Notes: generated by a model from the letters alone, not told the origin. Positions 13,960-27,698 are shown, numbered from the stretch's first letter. The stretch is 64,000 bases of DNA from Eledone cirrhosa (GCA_964016885.1 OZ024740.1:105152001-105216000); one strand, 5' to 3'. Program-made: numbers and translations.

Positions 13960-15208
13960 AATAAAAAAGTTAACTTGTCTAAGACTAAAGTCCTAATATG
14001 TAGGAAGGAGAATAGGGCACTGGTCCCCTCTGGGAAATGGCCATGCTCAGTGTGTAGGAAAGGAGTAGGCAGAAACTCCATTTTATGTCCCAAATGCAAA
14101 GTATGGGTGCATAAAAGATGTAGTGGGATCACAGGTAAGCTAACTCAGAATATAGATTTTATATGTGGCCGGTGCTCTGGTGCAATAAGTAGCAGCAAAT
14201 GCCCACAGAATACTAGCTCATTCCATTGCACAGATGGTTCTATAGAAATAGTGGACACCTTCCGTTACCTGGATGACAAAATCAGCAGTGGGGGAGGGTG
14301 CTCTGAAAGTACAGTAGCTAGAGTTCGAACGGGATGGAAAAAGTTCAGAGAGCTTATACCACTATTGGCCGCTAAGGGGTTCTCTCTAAAAATAAAAGGC
14401 AGGCTGTATGATGCCTGCATACGAACAGCGATGTTACATGGCAGTGAGACCTGGGCCTTGTGTGCAGAGGATCTACGCAGACTGGAGAGGAACAAAGCTT
14501 GCATGCTCCACTGGATGTGTAATAGTAATATACACAAACAGCAAAGCATAAATGAACTAAGTGAGAAATTAGGAATAAGAGGGATCAGATGCTGTTTACT
14601 CAAGAGAAGACTATGTTGGTATGGTCACGTGATGCGCATGAAAGATGACAGCTGTATAAAAAAGTGCAGGGCGATCAAAATAGACGGTAGCCACGGAGTA
14701 GGTAGACCAAGAAAAACCTGAGACGACTTGATAAAATCCGACCTCACACACACCTCTCCAAGACAAAGTCACTGGACCGAGATCTTTGGCGCTACATAGT
14801 AATACAGAAGACCCGCCTTGCCTAAGTACAAAGCGAAACCTACAGTTAGTAGGCACCTCTTAACCAAAATACGCCCCCCGTCTCACTAACCCTACCCCCA
14901 CCACCATCTACACCACCCCTTTCAATGTAAAGCTATGTTGGTACCACAACATCCAGTCCTAAACAAATGAGGTAGTGTAGGTGTCACGACAAAAAACACA
15001 GTGCATGCTGTAATGTGGCCGTGTAGGTAACACGGTAAAAACCTCCGAGTCCACACTGTAAACGTGGTTGTTGTTAGGAAGGGCATCCAGCCGTAGAAAA
15101 CCCGCCAGACAGTCCTGAGCAAGACAACCAATCTTGCCTCAAGTAGGACAATTTCCGTCTAGACCCATGCTAATGTGGAAAATGGACGTTAAACGATGAT
15201 GATGATGA
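13960..15208 (+). mobile_element. RTE-clade LINE 3' portion (RT C-terminus with internal PHD-like Cys finger, 3' UTR, (GAT)n tail)
   Basis: KVNLSKTKVL..WPCSVCRKGVGRNSILCPKCKVWVHKRCSG..CGRC..FRYL..ARVRTGWKKFREL..MLHGSETW..WYGHVMRM..GRPRKT; 3' end ggaagggcatccagccgtagaaaa..ggacgttaaacgatgatgatgat. Confidence 0.88.
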
Positions 15209-15240
15209 ATACAAATGGTATTGCAAGATAATTTTCTCAC

Positions 15241-15303
15241 CTTTCTGACTGTGATACTGACTTCTCCATCTTCAACAAAATACATGCAGTTTGCATCATC
15301 TCC
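15241..15303 (-). CDS. PRKAR2: PKA-RII exon: GDDANCMYFVEDGEVSITVRK
   Basis: cAG/GTgag boundaries, 63 nt; CNB-B beta strands. Confidence 0.95.
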
Positions 15304-15464
15304 CTGAAAATAAACCAACCAATGGACAATATTAATTTCATGAATATCCAAAGTAAAATATAATTACTTGGTGTGATGGTGGTGAATTTATCAAAGATAA
15401 ATGAAATAAGAACAAAAAGACATCAAAATGAAAGCTAATATTTATTCAAAAATGATTTCTTTAT

Positions 15465-16280
15465 CCTTCTTCGTCCACTTATTCCTGTTAGGGTCGTGGG
15501 GGCAGAGTCCTCAGATCCTTCTTCCAGTGGGTCCTGTCAGAAGCAACCATCTGCAACTGGTCTGGCTGGATCTCCAAGTGGGACTAACCAAGCTCATAGT
15601 TTTGTCCATAAAATCTGCAATTCTTTTCTGAGACATTCTAACCACACGGCCATAGCATTGGAGCTGTGATCTCACAATTCGGAGAATTAGCGGCTCTACC
15701 TGGAGTGACTCTTTGATCTCCGAGCTACGCACTCTATTGAATCCCACTTCAGTCGCTTGTATTCACTATTGTATTCTTTTGATCATTACCCAAGATTCAT
15801 AAGGGTTGGCATGAATACCAAATTGAAATTAGCGAGTTTGGCTTTTACGCCTACCTCTCTTCTGATTACTGCAGAAGCTGGTACATTACTGCACTGGCTC
15901 CTGCAATTCTTGCACTTAATTCAGCCTCCTGCTTTCCATCACTCGTGAACACGGCCAAGATATACTTGAACTTCTCCACCTGTTTCAGGGGAATTCCATT
16001 CACATGTAGCGTGCACTGCGCAGGCTTCCTTGAGAGGACAAGTGTCTCAGTTTTTGCAGCACAGATTTTCATTCCAGCCATGCAGCACTCCGCCCCTAAT
16101 CTATCAAGAGCAAGTCGAAAATCACCTTCAGTCGAGTTAAGAAACACCATGTCATCTGCAATTCCAGCTGACTGATTTTACATCTGTCAGTTATGATACC
16201 ACTTCCAACCCAGCTGCATGTGTCAATCCTGTTCATGAAAATAATGAACAGGAGAGGTGACAGTATGTACTCATGTTTCA
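15465..16280 (-). mobile_element. Second RTE-clade LINE fragment (Rex3/Expander-like RT C-terminal part), degenerate
   Basis: LSPLLFIIFMNRI, ADDMV, GMKICAAKTETLV, KQVEKFKY, EPLILRIVRSQL in shifting frames; a related 3'-end fragment lies at about 13360-13455. Confidence 0.82.
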
Positions 16281-16659
16281 ATAATTCCTATTTTTATTTT
16301 CTATTATATCCTGAATTACCAAAACTCAGACTCATGCACCAACATTAGCCACACTAAATCCCTGTGAATAAATTTTTGAAAGGGAATTTGCCAAGCTTAC
16401 TTACATCAGCTCACCAACATACTTCCATTGGTCCACAGATGTGCTGTTTTCTCATATACTACAATGGCCTCTGTTTCTCAGAGATGGCTGGTCCTTGCCA
16501 TGTTCACTCAAGTGATTCCTGGCTCCACCTACCTCATACTATCCTCTCCTTGGCATTAACAACAATGTCCAGTCTTACTGCACTAAAATTCCCACCTCTT
16601 TTTGTTCTTGTAGCTGCAAATTGAAACTATTTAAGGGGAAAACAAACATCAATTTCAAC

Positions 16660-17190
16660 ATTCTTCATCATCATCATTTAACATTTGTCTTCCTTGCTGG
16701 CAAGGGTTGGATGGGTCTTCACAGACAGAGTCAGTACTAAGACAGAGCTACTGACCTCCCAGATAGGACAGGGATCTACATCTTACATGTTCTCATGCTT
16801 TATGAAGTGGATTTTTATCATGGCACCAACACTAGGGAGGTTGCATGATCTTTTGTTTGGCAGGCCTTCGATGACTGGGTGCCCTTATCATGAACAGAGT
16901 GTACTGGATGCATTTATTGTGTAAATCACCAACACTAGACAGGTTGTTATGTTATCAACACAACTGAAGGGACCTTCTGAGCCTATGTTTGGCAGGTTTT
17001 CTATGGTGGGATGCCCTACTTATCAACCACTTTACAAGTATACTGAGTGTGTTTATCGTGTAGATCACCAACACTATGAAGGGTGCCATGTCTGACACAA
17101 CTGAAGAGTCCTTCTGACGTTTTATTTGACAAGTTTTCTACAGCTGGATGCCCTTCCTATCACAAACCATTTTACTGCATGTGCTTAATG
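16660..17190 (-). mobile_element. Cluster of RTE-tail-like short repeats
   Basis: catcatcatttaaca..ttccttgctggc and ttttctacagctggatgcccttcct blocks are reverse complements of the 15050-15208 tail; similar clusters at 21020-21280, 48548-48860, 45430-45530 and 50980-51116. Confidence 0.6.
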
Positions 17191-17236
17191 AGCCAGATAA
17201 TTTCTTATTGCAGAAGTAATGAACTTTGACACTTAC

Positions 17237-17311
17237 CTGTTTTAGTACCACTTGCCCATCTTCAAAGGATTGTGAATTTAAAGCATCAGCAATGTTTAAC
17301 TTTTCATAACT
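17237..17311 (-). CDS. PRKAR2: PKA-RII exon: SYEKLNIADALNSQSFEDGQVVLKQ
   Basis: tAG/GTaagt boundaries, 75 nt; start of CNB-B (IADAL). Confidence 0.95.
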
Positions 17312-17629
17312 CTAAAAGAAGAGGAAAAGACAAAAGTAAGCACAACATTAAAATGTGATGATAAACTTTCCTTGTCAAATAGGTTCTAAATAAAGTTAAA
17401 TTAATGTTTACTTATTAATCTAGTTAACATAAAATATCTAATTAAAAATATTAAAAAGATTTAGGCATGTATAAGAAATTTGGATGAAGTGTATGTTTTA
17501 GAGAAAGTCTAATGCTGCCACGATGACAAGGGCTATGACAACGATGGTTATAACGATAGGAAGGCTAATGCCGGCAAGGATAATGTCAATGATGATTATG
17601 ATAAAAGAAAGAGATAAAATATTTCTTAC

Positions 17630-17731
17630 ATCAAGGCATGAGAACAAAGGAACACTCTCAATCAAGTCAGTGTACATCTTCCTTCGATTAAAAGCATCCT
17701 TTAATACAATTCTTCGAAAAGTAACTCTGTC
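17630..17731 (-). CDS. PRKAR2: PKA-RII exon: DRVTFRRIVLKDAFNRRKMYTDLIESVPLFSCLD
   Basis: long poly-T tract plus cAG acceptor, GTaag donor, 102 nt; DRVTFRRI motif. Confidence 0.96.
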
Positions 17732-18357
17732 CTGCAGAGAAAAAAAAAAAAAAAAAAAAAAAAACTTTCACAAGCATTTTTTGATTGGTCTGTATGTTAT
17801 GTTTTTGCATGATGAGAGAATTTATATCATAAGTAATTTTTTTATGCTGAGCTGGGAAATAGGATATGAGACAAGTTGCCTGTTTTTTCTCATTGCTATA
17901 TTTAATCCTAGATTAATATTTAAAAGAAATTTCTTTGTAGAAATAATAATAATAATTTTGTGTTATGTTGCTATGACACTAAAATTTGAATATATATATA
18001 TAGATGATGATAACTGGGATGTAAGATATAAAATAAGTTATCTTCATTTTATTCTTCTCTTGCTACTTTATTCTATCGCCTTATAATATATAACCAGCAA
18101 TTTCTCTGTCCGTCTGTCCGACAGTGGAAACACGTGCGCGCGTGGTTGCTATCTCTCTCTCTCTCTCTCTCCAGCTATCCCTCTCTTTTAGTCTGTCTGT
18201 TTCTCTCACTCTTTCTCTTTGTAACACACTAACATTCCTCCCCTCTATCGCTGTGACGAATGGGGAGATGGAGGAGGAGGAGGAGAGAGTCACTTCGTCA
18301 CTTCACCTCTGCCTTTCTTTCTCTCCCCTCTCACTCCCTCATTACGTACAGACATTA

Positions 18358-18543
18358 GGGTGGTGGATTGGCAGAATCTGTAGAGAGTCGGACACCATGC
18401 TATGAAGTTACGTCCCTTTACGGTCTGAGTTCAAATACCGCCGAGGTTAACTTTGCCTTTCATCCTCACGGGGTCGATAAAATAAAGTACCAGTAATGTA
18501 CTGGGTAATTGCTGGCCTTGTGCCAAAAGTAGAAACAATTATT
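18358..18543 (+). mobile_element. tRNA-derived SINE (family 1)
   Basis: Colinear with the 5100-5291 copy. Confidence 0.85.
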
Positions 18544-18747
18544 AGAAACATTGCTTCATTTTTACATATCTAAGCATTAGTAAAATAACTAATAATTTCA
18601 AAAGTAATTTTTCAATTCCAATTGTTATGAACAGCAAAACATTAATAATAATTTTGTTCTAAGAAATATATATACATTTCTGTGTGTGTAATATATATTT
18701 ACACACACACACAAACACAGAAATATATATACATTTCTGTGTGTGTA

Positions 18748-18778
<31 letters not shown>

Positions 18779-19037
18779 GAAATATATGGGCATTTCTCTG
18801 TTTGTCTGTCTGTCCTTCCCTAAAACTCAAATATAGGTGCTACAGAAATATTACCTTCCCCTTCCTTTCTCCACTTTGGTACTACCAAGAAAAACACTGT
18901 CGCTATAGAAACATTACCTTCCCCTCTCCACTGACTTTGGTCACTGAGGCCGAAGGAATCGCTGGTTGCTATAGAGACACCTTGCACAAGCCAGAAGTAA
19001 CCAGTTCGAGGCGGTTCTGACTTGACACTATGCCAAG

Positions 19038-19525
19038 TCTACTTATAATATATAATGGGCATTTCTCTGTTTGTTTGTCTGTCTGTCCGTCTGTAAAAAT
19101 GCCAAGGAAACAAATAGACGCGGTTTCAAATCTCTATGCTTTTCAAATTCATTACATTAATCTTTATTTATACGTTTCGCTTTACGAGTGTTTCGGCTTA
19201 CGAGTGTTTCGGCTTATTATATATAAACGTTTCCATTTCCATCATTTTATCGTAAACGTTTATATATTTCCATCGTTATGTCATAACGTTTATGTATCAT
19301 AATTTTTATATTTCCGTCACTAATCTCTTTTTCTCCTTTTAACATATATTTATTTCAAAGATTTCATCGTATAGATAACATATATATTTATACATGCATA
19401 AAAGACACACCGAGAGACGGTGAACATGTGGTGCCGAAAACATTTCTCATCCAAATCTCAACAATATCAGTATATACACTAGATTTGCTAGCAGAAAACC
19501 ACCCACCGGGTGGTTTTCTGCTAGT
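19038..19525 (+). mobile_element. Non-autonomous Helitron-like element
   Basis: 5' TCtacttataatatataatgggcatttctctgtttgtttgtctgtctgtcc and 3' hairpin ending CTAGT; related 5' ends at about 18081 and 18782. Confidence 0.55.
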
Positions 19526-20328
19526 CAGACTAATATAATATACAAATTAAGAGGGAGAGAGTGTGAGCCTATCAACACCCTGTTAATCAAAATTTCTTTT
19601 GCTGCACAGGGAGTAAAAGAAATTAAAGGAGAAGAAGGTATCAAGAGAGAAAGGTAGTAAGCATGACACATGGCTCTTGGACTGGTAGGAGGGAGGGATT
19701 GATGAAGGAAGATATCCTCAAATTGGTTTATTTCATATATAAAGACAATATTTGACATTCAGTTTTAACGGAAACTTTAGAGATTATAAAGATGTGAGCC
19801 TGTATGAAACCAATAAGAGAATGGTATCCCAATTCTCCCTCCTTTCCATTTCATAGTTAAATAATTACACAAACAAATCCAGTAAATTAAACTTCACGTA
19901 GACAACTTTACTCCTTCCTTCTAATATATATATATATAGGCCCACATTAGTCATAGCTAACTATTAGGCTGCATTTAGAAAGTTCTCCTTGGCAAGGTGT
20001 TTTTGTGGCAGACCAGCAGTCGCCTATGTATGTCAGTCTTCCCTTCTCCACACAATTGATGTTAGCCAAGAGAAAAGCAAAGGCTTGGCACGAGTGACAA
20101 TGCAACTCGTTTTTTCCAGTCGAATGAACTAAGTAATGTGAAATAAAGTGCCTTGCTCAAGGATACAACATGGGGTCCATTCCAAGTTGTTGAGATATAC
20201 AATAAATACATATGGACAGAAACAGTGCAGATTTAATAAATGTATAAATAAATGCAGTAACATATGTAAATATGTGTCTTTCAAATTAAATGAAAAAAAG
20301 CAGCAACAACAAAACAAAGTCAACTTAC

Positions 20329-20482
20329 TAAGGCCCATACTGTGCCTGGTGCAGAGCAGACTACAGTGGCTGCTCGTGGAACATTGTACATAAGAGCTAA
20401 TTCTCCAAAAAAGCCTTGACCATCATATTCTCCAACCTTTTTATGACGGCCGTCCACTTCAACATAAACATCATATTGTCCA
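20329..20482 (-). CDS. PRKAR2: PKA-RII exon with CNB-A phosphate-binding cassette: GQYDVYVEVDGRHKKVGEYDGQGFFGELALMYNVPRAATVVCSAPGTVWAL
   Basis: tAG/GTaag boundaries, 154 nt; FGELALMYNxPRAAT is the RII-type cassette. Confidence 0.97.
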
Positions 20483-21375
20483 CTACAAATAGATTATATA
20501 TAAAAAAAAAAAAAAAAAGTGTGATGGCAGATATGGTACCTAGAAAGGTTAACAGCTTAAAATGTGATGTCAGATGTGATACCTAAAAGGGTTAATGATT
20601 TCAAATGTGATGTCAGAGGATGATAAAACAATAGACATAATTTGGTAATTGTGTAATAGATACTTTTCTAAGGAGGTCTAATAAGACCAAAGCATGCCCA
20701 AAGTTATCAGTAACTACTTAAATATAAGACTAAATCTTCGCAGTATGTCTCCATTTAATTCTTAATCTAAATTTGTAGTTCTTTCCTTTACTTTCCTTGA
20801 GAATAATTATTAATATTAATGATTTTCTTTTCATTGTGGGAGTAATTTCTTTTTGTCTCACAACACTAAATATCTAAAGTCTGCAGGCTCATCAGGCCAG
20901 TCAATTACTGGAGTTCATTTAATTGAATAAGACCACTCCCTATGGTCTTGTCTTTCAAACAACTATCTAAATATAACATTGTTATGCTTAGTTAAAAGGG
21001 GGCTAGCATATATGGATAATCATCATCTTTTGACATCAATTTTCCATGCTGGCATGGGTTAGGCAGGTTGTTATAGTCTGAAACCAGACAGGTTGGATTG
21101 ACCCAGTTTCTATGGCTGGATGTCCTTCATAACAACCAATTTAAAGGGTGTACTGGGTGCATTTTGCATGGCACCACCATTACCATCTACTAGAAAATAT
21201 TGGGTACATTTTTTGTAGCACCAATGCTAACACTTTGCAGAGCACACTGGGTAAATTTCATCATGGCACCATCACTACAAAGTTTTTACATGCTAACCCA
21301 GACTGAAGATAGATATATGTAGCAACTATTTGAATGTTTATCAAAATGAAAGTTATGAGAATATTCATTACAAAC

Positions 21376-21440
21376 CTGTCAATCACATAGAAGTTGTCTC
21401 CATCATCACCTTGATGAATAACTTTCTCTCCTTGTTCTAC
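21376..21440 (-). CDS. PRKAR2: PKA-RII exon: VEQGEKVIHQGDDGDNFYVID(S)
   Basis: tAG/GTttg boundaries, 65 nt, QGDDGDNFYVI signature of CNB-A. Confidence 0.95.
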
Positions 21441-23139
21441 CTATAACAACAAAACAACAATTATTTTTGAATTATGGGAAAAAAAAATGGAATGTTTATT
21501 CAATTTAATTTTAACTGTGTACATATATGAAGCAGTGAATAGTCAAAGTTGTTAGGGCATCAAATTAAATTCCTTGGATTTTGTTCTGGTTCATTGTACT
21601 CTGAATTCAAATCACTTTTAAGCCCAACAAATAAAGTAGCAGTCTAGGGAGGTGGGGCTGCATTAGCAGAATTTTTAAAAAGCAAGACAGGATGCTTTGT
21701 AGTATCTGATCCAACTGTTTGTGCTGAGTTTAAATATTGTCTTCTTTTGCTAGAAGTTGTGATCAGCAGATAGTATCAGTGATGGAAGAACAAAAATTGT
21801 TTCATTAGTCTAATCTGATAATTAGCTGCTTTCTTTTCTTTATATAGGTATAAAACAAATAACCTTATTTGTCACTGTTCATAAGCCTTGCTTGGATGTC
21901 CCCACACATAAGGACCACTTCTGTGCCTCAACACAAACTTACTTGAATCTCCCCACACATAAGAACCACTCCTTTGCCTCAATGCACCAGGCTTGCTTGG
22001 ATGTCTCCACACAAGGACCACTCCTCTGTCTCAACACACCAGACTAATTTGTTTATCCCTGTTCACCCCTATCATCACCTAACTTTCACTTTTTTGCTTG
22101 TTGGTAGGATCCAATTATATGATTTATTATTTTCAGCACCCCCAGTTGTCTTTACCAAATACAGAGAAAATTTAGGAACATTCTGGAAACAAACATCCAG
22201 CCATAAATAAATTGTATGACTACACCTCTCCTATAGTATTCTGACCATGGTTGAATTAGTAGCACTATAGGCAAAATGATTTAAAGTTTAACTACAATAG
22301 ATTTATGTTCTGGGTTCAAATCCTGTCAGGGTTGATTTATATTGAATTCAAATTCTGCTTTCCATCTCTCCACGTTAATAAATGCCAATCATACAACAGT
22401 GACAATTATTTTATTTACTTTATGACTTTTTCTTCCTATTTTAAAAATCTTTTCTATTTTGCAGTTTATCAATGATTCTCAATGTATACAAATATTGATG
22501 AACACCCAAAACAAAACAGCACTCATTAAGTGTCATGTCAAGACATAGCTGAAGTTTGGCTTCATTAATATTTTACACATTATACAGGCCTTCAGTCAGC
22601 CTGAATCAAACAGACCTATAAGGGATTTCAACAATGATAATATCATCATTTTACAAGCAGAGTATATTCTTGACTACATCATACAATATTACTTTTTCTA
22701 TAGGACAATTGGATATGTAAGAGGGAGATTTGACTACTATTTATAGCAGGTTGAATGTCAACAGAGGCTTCATTGTTGGCTCCATCCAGTGGAATACTCT
22801 TGAGTGCTATTGATTCTGCTTTATCCTTTTGGATCCCAGGAGTATTTCAGAATGTTCAGTTATGATTATAAATGGAATTAAATAAGCAGAATTATTTGAA
22901 TATAGGTATTTAAAAAAAATTCATTTGTACTAACATTCAAATCAATAATGTACACAGATTACATGTAGGTACGTTCTACTGGTCAACTGAGGATAGGATT
23001 ACATGTAGGCTTTCTTTCAATGATAAGGCCCCTACAGTGTGTAAAAATATAAGAAATTATTAACCAATTTAAACACGAGTTGTTCAACCATAAAGCTAGC
23101 TTGTCTAAATTCTGTCTTGAGTCCGGAGGCTCATCAGGC

Positions 23140-23323
23140 CAGAGTACAAGACAGTCCATCACAAGGTTAAACCCCCAACTATTGCTGGTACTCATTTTCA
23201 GCTGAATACACTGGAGCAATGTGAAATGAAGTGTTTTGCTCAAGAACACAACACGTAACCTAGTCCAGGAATCAAACCCATGACATCATGATCATAAGTC
23301 CAACACCTTTACCATTAGGCCAC
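23140..23323 (-). mobile_element. Second tRNA-headed SINE family
   Basis: ggtactcattttcagctga..ctggagcaatgtgaaatgaagtgttttgctcaagaacacaac..ggaatcaaaccc; related copies near 3560-3665, 5720-5897, 20110-20180 and 48100-48230, and on the plus strand at 45712-45850 and 46057-46212. Confidence 0.65.
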
Positions 23324-23929
23324 ATATCTCCACAAAGCTACCTTGTAGTGACCAACATCTCCCTCAAAGGTAGAGAATTGGCGGAGTTGTTTGATTATAG
23401 CACAACATGCCTTGTGGTACTTGTTCTAGCGTGGAGTTCAAATCTTGCTAAGGGCATCTTTGTTTTTCATCCTTTGGGGTTGATAAAATAAAGTGCCAGT
23501 CTAGGGCACTGAATTGACAGAATTACCAGAGCATCAGATGAAATAATTTTTCCAGTTCTTTGTTTTCTGAGCTCAAACCCCATTGTAGGCTAATTGAGTG
23601 GTATACTTTGTCACCCAGTTTAACACCACTAGCTGGCTCTTGAGTCTTCTAGCAGAGTACATACAGTTGTAAGCATTCAAGCCAGGCTGTCCTTTTGAAG
23701 ATCCCTCTCTTCTACCAATTTCAAAGCCAGTGAAAAGGGTCATAGAGACTGCCATTCCTTGCCTCAAAATACACAGTCTAATATCTTAAAAGGTAGGACA
23801 CATTGAATAATATGGTCTTCGATCTATTATATAATAGGTCTGTTTGATTAGGATTGATCTGTTTCTAAACAATAAGATACTGAATCAATGAGACAATTCT
23901 CAGATAATTGAAGTATAAAATAAAATTAC

Positions 23930-23971
23930 CTTTCTTTCAAACATTGCATCAACAACATTCAGTAATCTTTC
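23930..23971 (-). CDS. PRKAR2: PKA-RII exon: ERLLNVVDAMFERK
   Basis: cAG/GTaat boundaries, 42 nt, DAMFE motif of CNB-A. Confidence 0.93.
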
Positions 23972-25544
23972 CTGCAATGAAAAAAAGAGAAATAAATAAT
24001 TACACATAATCACACAAGCATGGTAAGACAATTTTCTTTGCTAAAGGCCCTATAAAGGGCTTCTCCATAGAGTGTTTGTATTTCAGATGTTTACATTTGT
24101 CACCTATGTACATTTGTAAAAGATTCCCCACATATTAGTGGGTCAATAGCTGGAGAGAGAGAGAGAGAAAAAGCAAACGAGAGAAAACTAAAGCGAATGA
24201 GAAAGAAAGTGAACGAGAGAGAGAGAGCAAGCGAACAAGCGAGAGTGACCGAGTGAGTGGGTGTGTCATTGAAAGCTTGCCTATCAGTGAATGTCCTGTT
24301 TTCTTGTTTCAGTTATACAGTCCAATTAAAAAGCTAAGTGGTGCTATGTATACGACTCTCAGATGTCCACTTCCTAAATTATCAATATAATGTCAAGCTT
24401 TAACAAGAACCAAACAGACAAGGAATTAATTAATTGTTTTGAAATAACAACTTGTTCTTCCAAAATCTTTTTAATATTTTTATTTTTAGAAAAAGAATGG
24501 ACTTAAATTTCCTCCACTCATCTGCAAGAATAATATATTTTTTTCCTTAGAAAGCTAGCTCAATTCAGTTCAGGAGCTGAGGTAACAAGATATAACCCCC
24601 CCCCCCCCACACACACACAACACACACTCCTAAATTTATTCCATTGGTATCCATGCCTTTATCAGAAAAAATATATTAAAGTGGCATCACTATTTGAAAA
24701 AAGGAAGTGATGATTTTTTATTTCATCACTTTCCTTTTCAACATTTTAAATAAAAGTAGCAATTCTAGTTTCAGATTTCTTTAGTTTTCCTAAATATTCT
24801 TTTAGACAATGCTAGGAGGATTATTGATTGAAACAAAATAGAATATTAGAGAGAATAAAAAGTGAAATGAATTGAAAAAAGGCTGTTCCTGCATTCAAGA
24901 ACACTGAGTTTGTTGTATTGTCTTGAACATTTTTAACAGCCAGCTGTTAATTCTCTCGGGTTTTGCATCTACAACAAATGCAGGGACAACATAATGTTTT
25001 ATAAATACATTTTCCTTCAACTCATTTGTGTTTTGTCATTTATTTACACTTAGGTTACAGTCTCACTTATGATGTATGTGTAATATTTGTGTGAGTTATT
25101 TGAAGGAAAAACTGGGCAAAAGAAATATCAGATGTAGTGTGCAAGAAGGTTATTCTTGTATGAGCACAGGACAATTATAGATGAGGATCGTTGGGAGAAG
25201 AAATATCAGGAGTTCCACGAAGAAAGCAACTGAAGAGGAAAACCAAGGATGACCTGGGCATAAATGATGAGATATGATTTCTGGATATTGAACCTACCAG
25301 AAGAGATGGCAAAGGGAAGAGATAAGATGATAGAAGCTGTTTTGGTAAAAATACAAAAAAAAAAAAACACTGATCTAACCTATGCAAGTATGCCAAAGCA
25401 AACAAAACTGCTGCTGAATTTTCTTTTATTTTTGCAGGAAAAAAAAAAAAAACGAAAACACTATTAAAATGGAGGCTGAATCTATTTCTAGTGTTTAATT
25501 CTGACCTGAGAGATTGAAGAAAAAATTATTTCAAAATTACTTAC

Positions 25545-25628
25545 AGGTTCCAAATTTCTGAACAACAAAATATTCTTTGTAGCCTCATTCAGTCTTTTTC
25601 TTTGTTCATCATTTTTAGGATGTATTAC
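25545..25628 (-). CDS. PRKAR2: PKA-RII exon: VIHPKNDEQRKRLNEATKNILLFRNLEP
   Basis: cAG/GTaagt boundaries, 84 nt; RII motif (V/I)HPKxDEQRxRL..ILLF. Confidence 0.95.
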
Positions 25629-25674
25629 CTGAACAGGAAATAAAAAAAAGAACAGCACATTATAGCTATACAAA

Positions 25675-25705
<31 letters not shown>

Positions 25706-25757
25706 TTATACATACATACATACATACATACATACATACATACATACATACATACAT

Positions 25758-25797
<40 letters not shown>

Positions 25798-25868
25798 ATA
25801 TACATACATATATATACATATACATACATATATATACATATACATATATATATATATATACATACATA

Positions 25869-25900
<32 letters not shown>

Positions 25901-25919
25901 CACACACACACACATATAT

Positions 25920-25971
25920 GGTGGCTGCCAACTCGTTTTCGGGTACGTCCAATACATTATATCATATCTCT

Positions 25972-26018
<47 letters not shown>

Positions 26019-26519
26019 CTCTGGTACAAACACTACACTTGTGACAATTATTGACACATAGAACTGGGCCCATGGTACCATGTGACGACAAGTGCAGAGA
26101 GATCTCCAGATATAAAGCAATGCCTGTGCCGTGAAGCTTTTATAGTGAGCAAAGGCACTGCACAAAGCCAGTCCCACTCTCTTAACGAAGATAATATTTA
26201 TCAAAAAGAAGAACAAGTCAACATCATTGGATACCATCAGGGTTGCAGGTGTTATATCAGAGTTTTCCTTCTCCAAGAATTCTGCCTTGACAAAGGCTAA
26301 GGGGTCATCTCTCGCGGTGATTTTGGATGGCCATTGACTCTTAAGAGCTCCTCTGCCCTTTGACAGGTTTTGTTTTTAGTCCTGCAGGATGTTCAAAGTC
26401 ACCCTCCTCACCAAGAAACATTGGTGGGGTTGCCAGTTTAGTCGCCAACGACCCGACCATGAGACAAGTTGTACTGGGATACATGTTACCAGTAGCACCA
26501 ACTGGTGACCTGACACAAC
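25920..26519 (-). mobile_element. ~600-bp non-autonomous RTE-related element, copy 1, in microsatellite
   Basis: Highly similar to 29663-30260; carries ggagaaggaaaactctgatataa (RTE 5'-UTR-like motif) and a terminal stem-loop followed by an AT-repeat tail; part of the body replaced by (TA)n. Confidence 0.65.
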
Positions 26520-27131
26520 ATATATATATATATACATATATATATACATACATATATATATATACATACATACACATACACATACATACACATACACATA
26601 CATACACATACACATACATACACATACACATACACATACATACACATATATATACATACACATATATATACATACACATATATATACATACACATATATA
26701 TACATACACATATATATACATACACATATATATACATACACATATATATATACATACACATATATATACATACACATATATATACATACACACATATATA
26801 CATACACATATATACATACACATATATATACATACACATATATATATATACATATATATATACATACACATATATATACATACACATATATATATATACA
26901 TATATATATACATACACATATATATATACATATATATATACATACACATATATACATACATATACATACATACATACATATACATACACATACATACATA
27001 CATACATATACATACATACATACATATATACATACATACATATATACATACATACATACATATATACATACATACATATACATATACATACATACATATA
27101 TATACATACATATACATACATACATATATAT

Positions 27132-27162
<31 letters not shown>

Positions 27163-27313
27163 CATACATATATATATACATACATATATATACACATACA
27201 TACATACATACATACATACATACATACACACACATACACATACATACATACATATACATACATACATACATACACATACATACATACATACATACATACA
27301 TACATACATACAT

Positions 27314-27350
<37 letters not shown>

Positions 27351-27372
27351 TACATACATATATATACATACA

Positions 27373-27408
<36 letters not shown>

Positions 27409-27441
27409 TATATATACATATATATATATACATATATATAC

Positions 27442-27492
<51 letters not shown>

Positions 27493-27537
27493 CATACATA
27501 TATATATATATACATACATATATATACATATATATAC

Positions 27538-27698
<161 letters not shown>

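Noticed and set aside
17523-18086. 187-aa plus-strand ORF
   Set aside because: Antisense to a PKA-RII exon, runs through poly-A and low-complexity intron sequence, no recognisable domain
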